Positions 21,273 through 22,798 of a stretch of 22,798 nucleotides of DNA are shown here, one piece after another; the stretch's first letter is position 1; every line of letters starts with the position of its first letter. This DNA is from Oopsacas minuta. Its lineage: Eukaryota > Animalia > Porifera. The DNA is taken from contig JAKMXF010000103.1 in assembly GCA_024704765.1 (NCBI GenBank), forward strand, positions 1-22,798, given 5' to 3'. The position numbers were made by a program, and so were the translations under genes. Under the pieces are notes generated by a model. It had not been told where the DNA came from. It saw nothing but the letters and a program-made list of their open reading frames with translations, and did no database searches.

Positions 21273-22499
21273 CTAGAATATGAGAAAACGATTGTTGTAA
21301 CCTACAACCACAATTCTTCCTGTTGAATTGAGGGTAACTCCAGTAGGTCGTGGAATTGATTGAGTGAGTTTATGAAGTAATTGTCCTGTATTATCAAATA
21401 TAATAACAATATTACTGTTGTGATTCGAAATAATGAAATTACCAGCTCCATCTATCAGGAATGAACTCGGATTATTCAAATGTTTGTTAATAGAATCACA
21501 TACAGTGTTCTGTACTTGATTAAAATTATAGTTGAAAGAGTAGAGAAAGGAATTTTGGCCAGACAATACAAATATAGTATCTTTAGTCAGTTGTATGTCT
21601 TCTGGATATTTGACTATACCAATTCCAAACTGAGATTTGTAAGAATAATCTTGTGAGAATATTTGTATTCTGTTGTTAGAGTAATCACATACATAAATAT
21701 CTCCATTATCTACATTGATAGCAATACCATAAGGTCTGTTGAATTGTCCTTCTCCACTACCTGGAGTACCTATTTGTTTGATAAAATTTCCTTTCAAATC
21801 AAATATCAACAAACAACCTGCTTCATACTGACTCACAAATACTCTCTCTTTATCAATAGTAATACAGAGAGGAGACTTCATCTTATCAGTACCAAATAGA
21901 AACAAGAATTTACCATCTTTACTGAATACCTGTACTCTGTTGTTACATTGATCTGCTACATAGATGTTATCTGTTCTGTAATCAACAGCAACTCCCCATG
22001 GATTCCTGAATTGTCCTTCACCACTACCTCCAGTACCTACACTCACTACTGGTTTCACTTTACCTTTATAATCTACAACTGGTAGACATGAGTAACTTGA
22101 ATTAACAACACTAATCTTACCAAATCCATTAATCATATCTAATAGTGTATTATCAAATTCAAATGAAATATGTTTGGGTTTCCATTCAGATTCTATTTCT
22201 TTCTGTTTCTGTTCTAGGATTTTCATCATTTCAGTTTGAGTTCCTTTCATTGTGGTTGATTCGATATTTTCTCCAATAAACTTCTGAGTTTTTGTAATTT
22301 CGTATATACATTGTTTATGTTTGTCATTTTCCTGTTTGTAATTTTTGTGAATTTCTTCCAATTCCCTCAAAAGTTGGTTCTTCCTCTTTTCCAAATAATT
22401 TGTTATTTCACAAAATTTGTCATCAATTTGACGTTTTATTCGACTTATTTGAAGTTCAAAGCTATCTTCTACTCCAGGAGAAGTTGGAGCAGTAGCCAT
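21273..22499 (-). CDS. Coiled-coil + six-bladed NHL-repeat protein (TRIM-NHL-like, no RING or B-box in this ORF), 408 aa
   Basis: Uninterrupted ORF. The N-terminal third is a charged heptad-rich helix. Six NHL blades follow (FRNPWGVAVD, MKSPLCITID, FNRPYGIAIN, VKYPEDIQLT, LNNPSSFLID, IPRPTGVTLN), with G.GEGQF and D..NNR(V/I)Q(V/I)F signatures. Confidence 0.92.
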   Translation of the reverse strand: MATAPTSPGVEDSFELQISRIKRQIDDKFCEITNYLEKRKNQLLRELEEIHKNYKQENDKHKQCIYEITKTQKFIGENIESTTMKGTQTEMMKILEQKQKEIESEWKPKHISFEFDNTLLDMINGFGKISVVNSSYSCLPVVDYKGKVKPVVSVGTGGSGEGQFRNPWGVAVDYRTDNIYVADQCNNRVQVFSKDGKFLFLFGTDKMKSPLCITIDKERVFVSQYEAGCLLIFDLKGNFIKQIGTPGSGEGQFNRPYGIAINVDNGDIYVCDYSNNRIQIFSQDYSYKSQFGIGIVKYPEDIQLTKDTIFVLSGQNSFLYSFNYNFNQVQNTVCDSINKHLNNPSSFLIDGAGNFIISNHNSNIVIIFDNTGQLLHKLTQSIPRPTGVTLNSTGRIVVVGYNNRFLIF

Positions 22500-22686
22500 T
22501 CTATAAATAATATAAAATTATAATATCTGATAGTATGATAAGTTAACAGGAATTATATTGTTACTATATTAGTGTTGCTGGATTTCCCCGGAAATAGGAT
22601 ACGAGTCATACGACGATATAGCAAGAAGACATCACTAACACTAATCAATTTATACTTCACTCCCAAAGAATACGAATATTAAATGG

Positions 22687-22798
<112 letters not shown>

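Noticed and set aside
1335-22523. Plus-strand ORFs in the track (e.g. 3049, 5623, 6001, 6655, 8507, 10468, 11133, 16622, 17244, 18190, 21663, 22311)
   Set aside because: They are antisense shadows of minus-strand exons, or lie in repeats (1335, 1693, 4856, 14818). None shows a recognisable domain.

Overview
AT-rich eukaryotic (animal) DNA with many short GT-AG introns; there is no prokaryotic content. The gene content resembles a sponge such as a hexactinellid, but that is inference only. Most of the window is one minus-strand gene that I assembled by hand from splice sites: 32 coding exons at 19632->2211, 10,032 nt of CDS, about 3,343 aa. It encodes a giant adhesion GPCR: signal peptide, 4 cadherin-like repeats, 19 fibronectin type III (FN3) repeats (one per phase-1/phase-1 exon), an RPTP-like membrane-proximal module, an Ig domain, GAIN/GPS, a 7TM region and a short tail. 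Most short minus-strand ORFs in the supplied track are exons of this gene. Upstream on the same strand is a coiled-coil + six-bladed NHL gene with no RING or B-box in the ORF. Downstream is a frameshifted SRCR-domain remnant. Introns and flanks carry several TA-flanked pogo/Tigger-type MITEs, one of them sitting at the symmetry axis of a ~0.8 kb palindrome. The window ends in an (AAT)n microsatellite. The top candidates are the receptor architecture, its frame-neutral array of duplicated cassette exons, and a cysteine pair whose register slides in a compensatory way between FN3 repeats.
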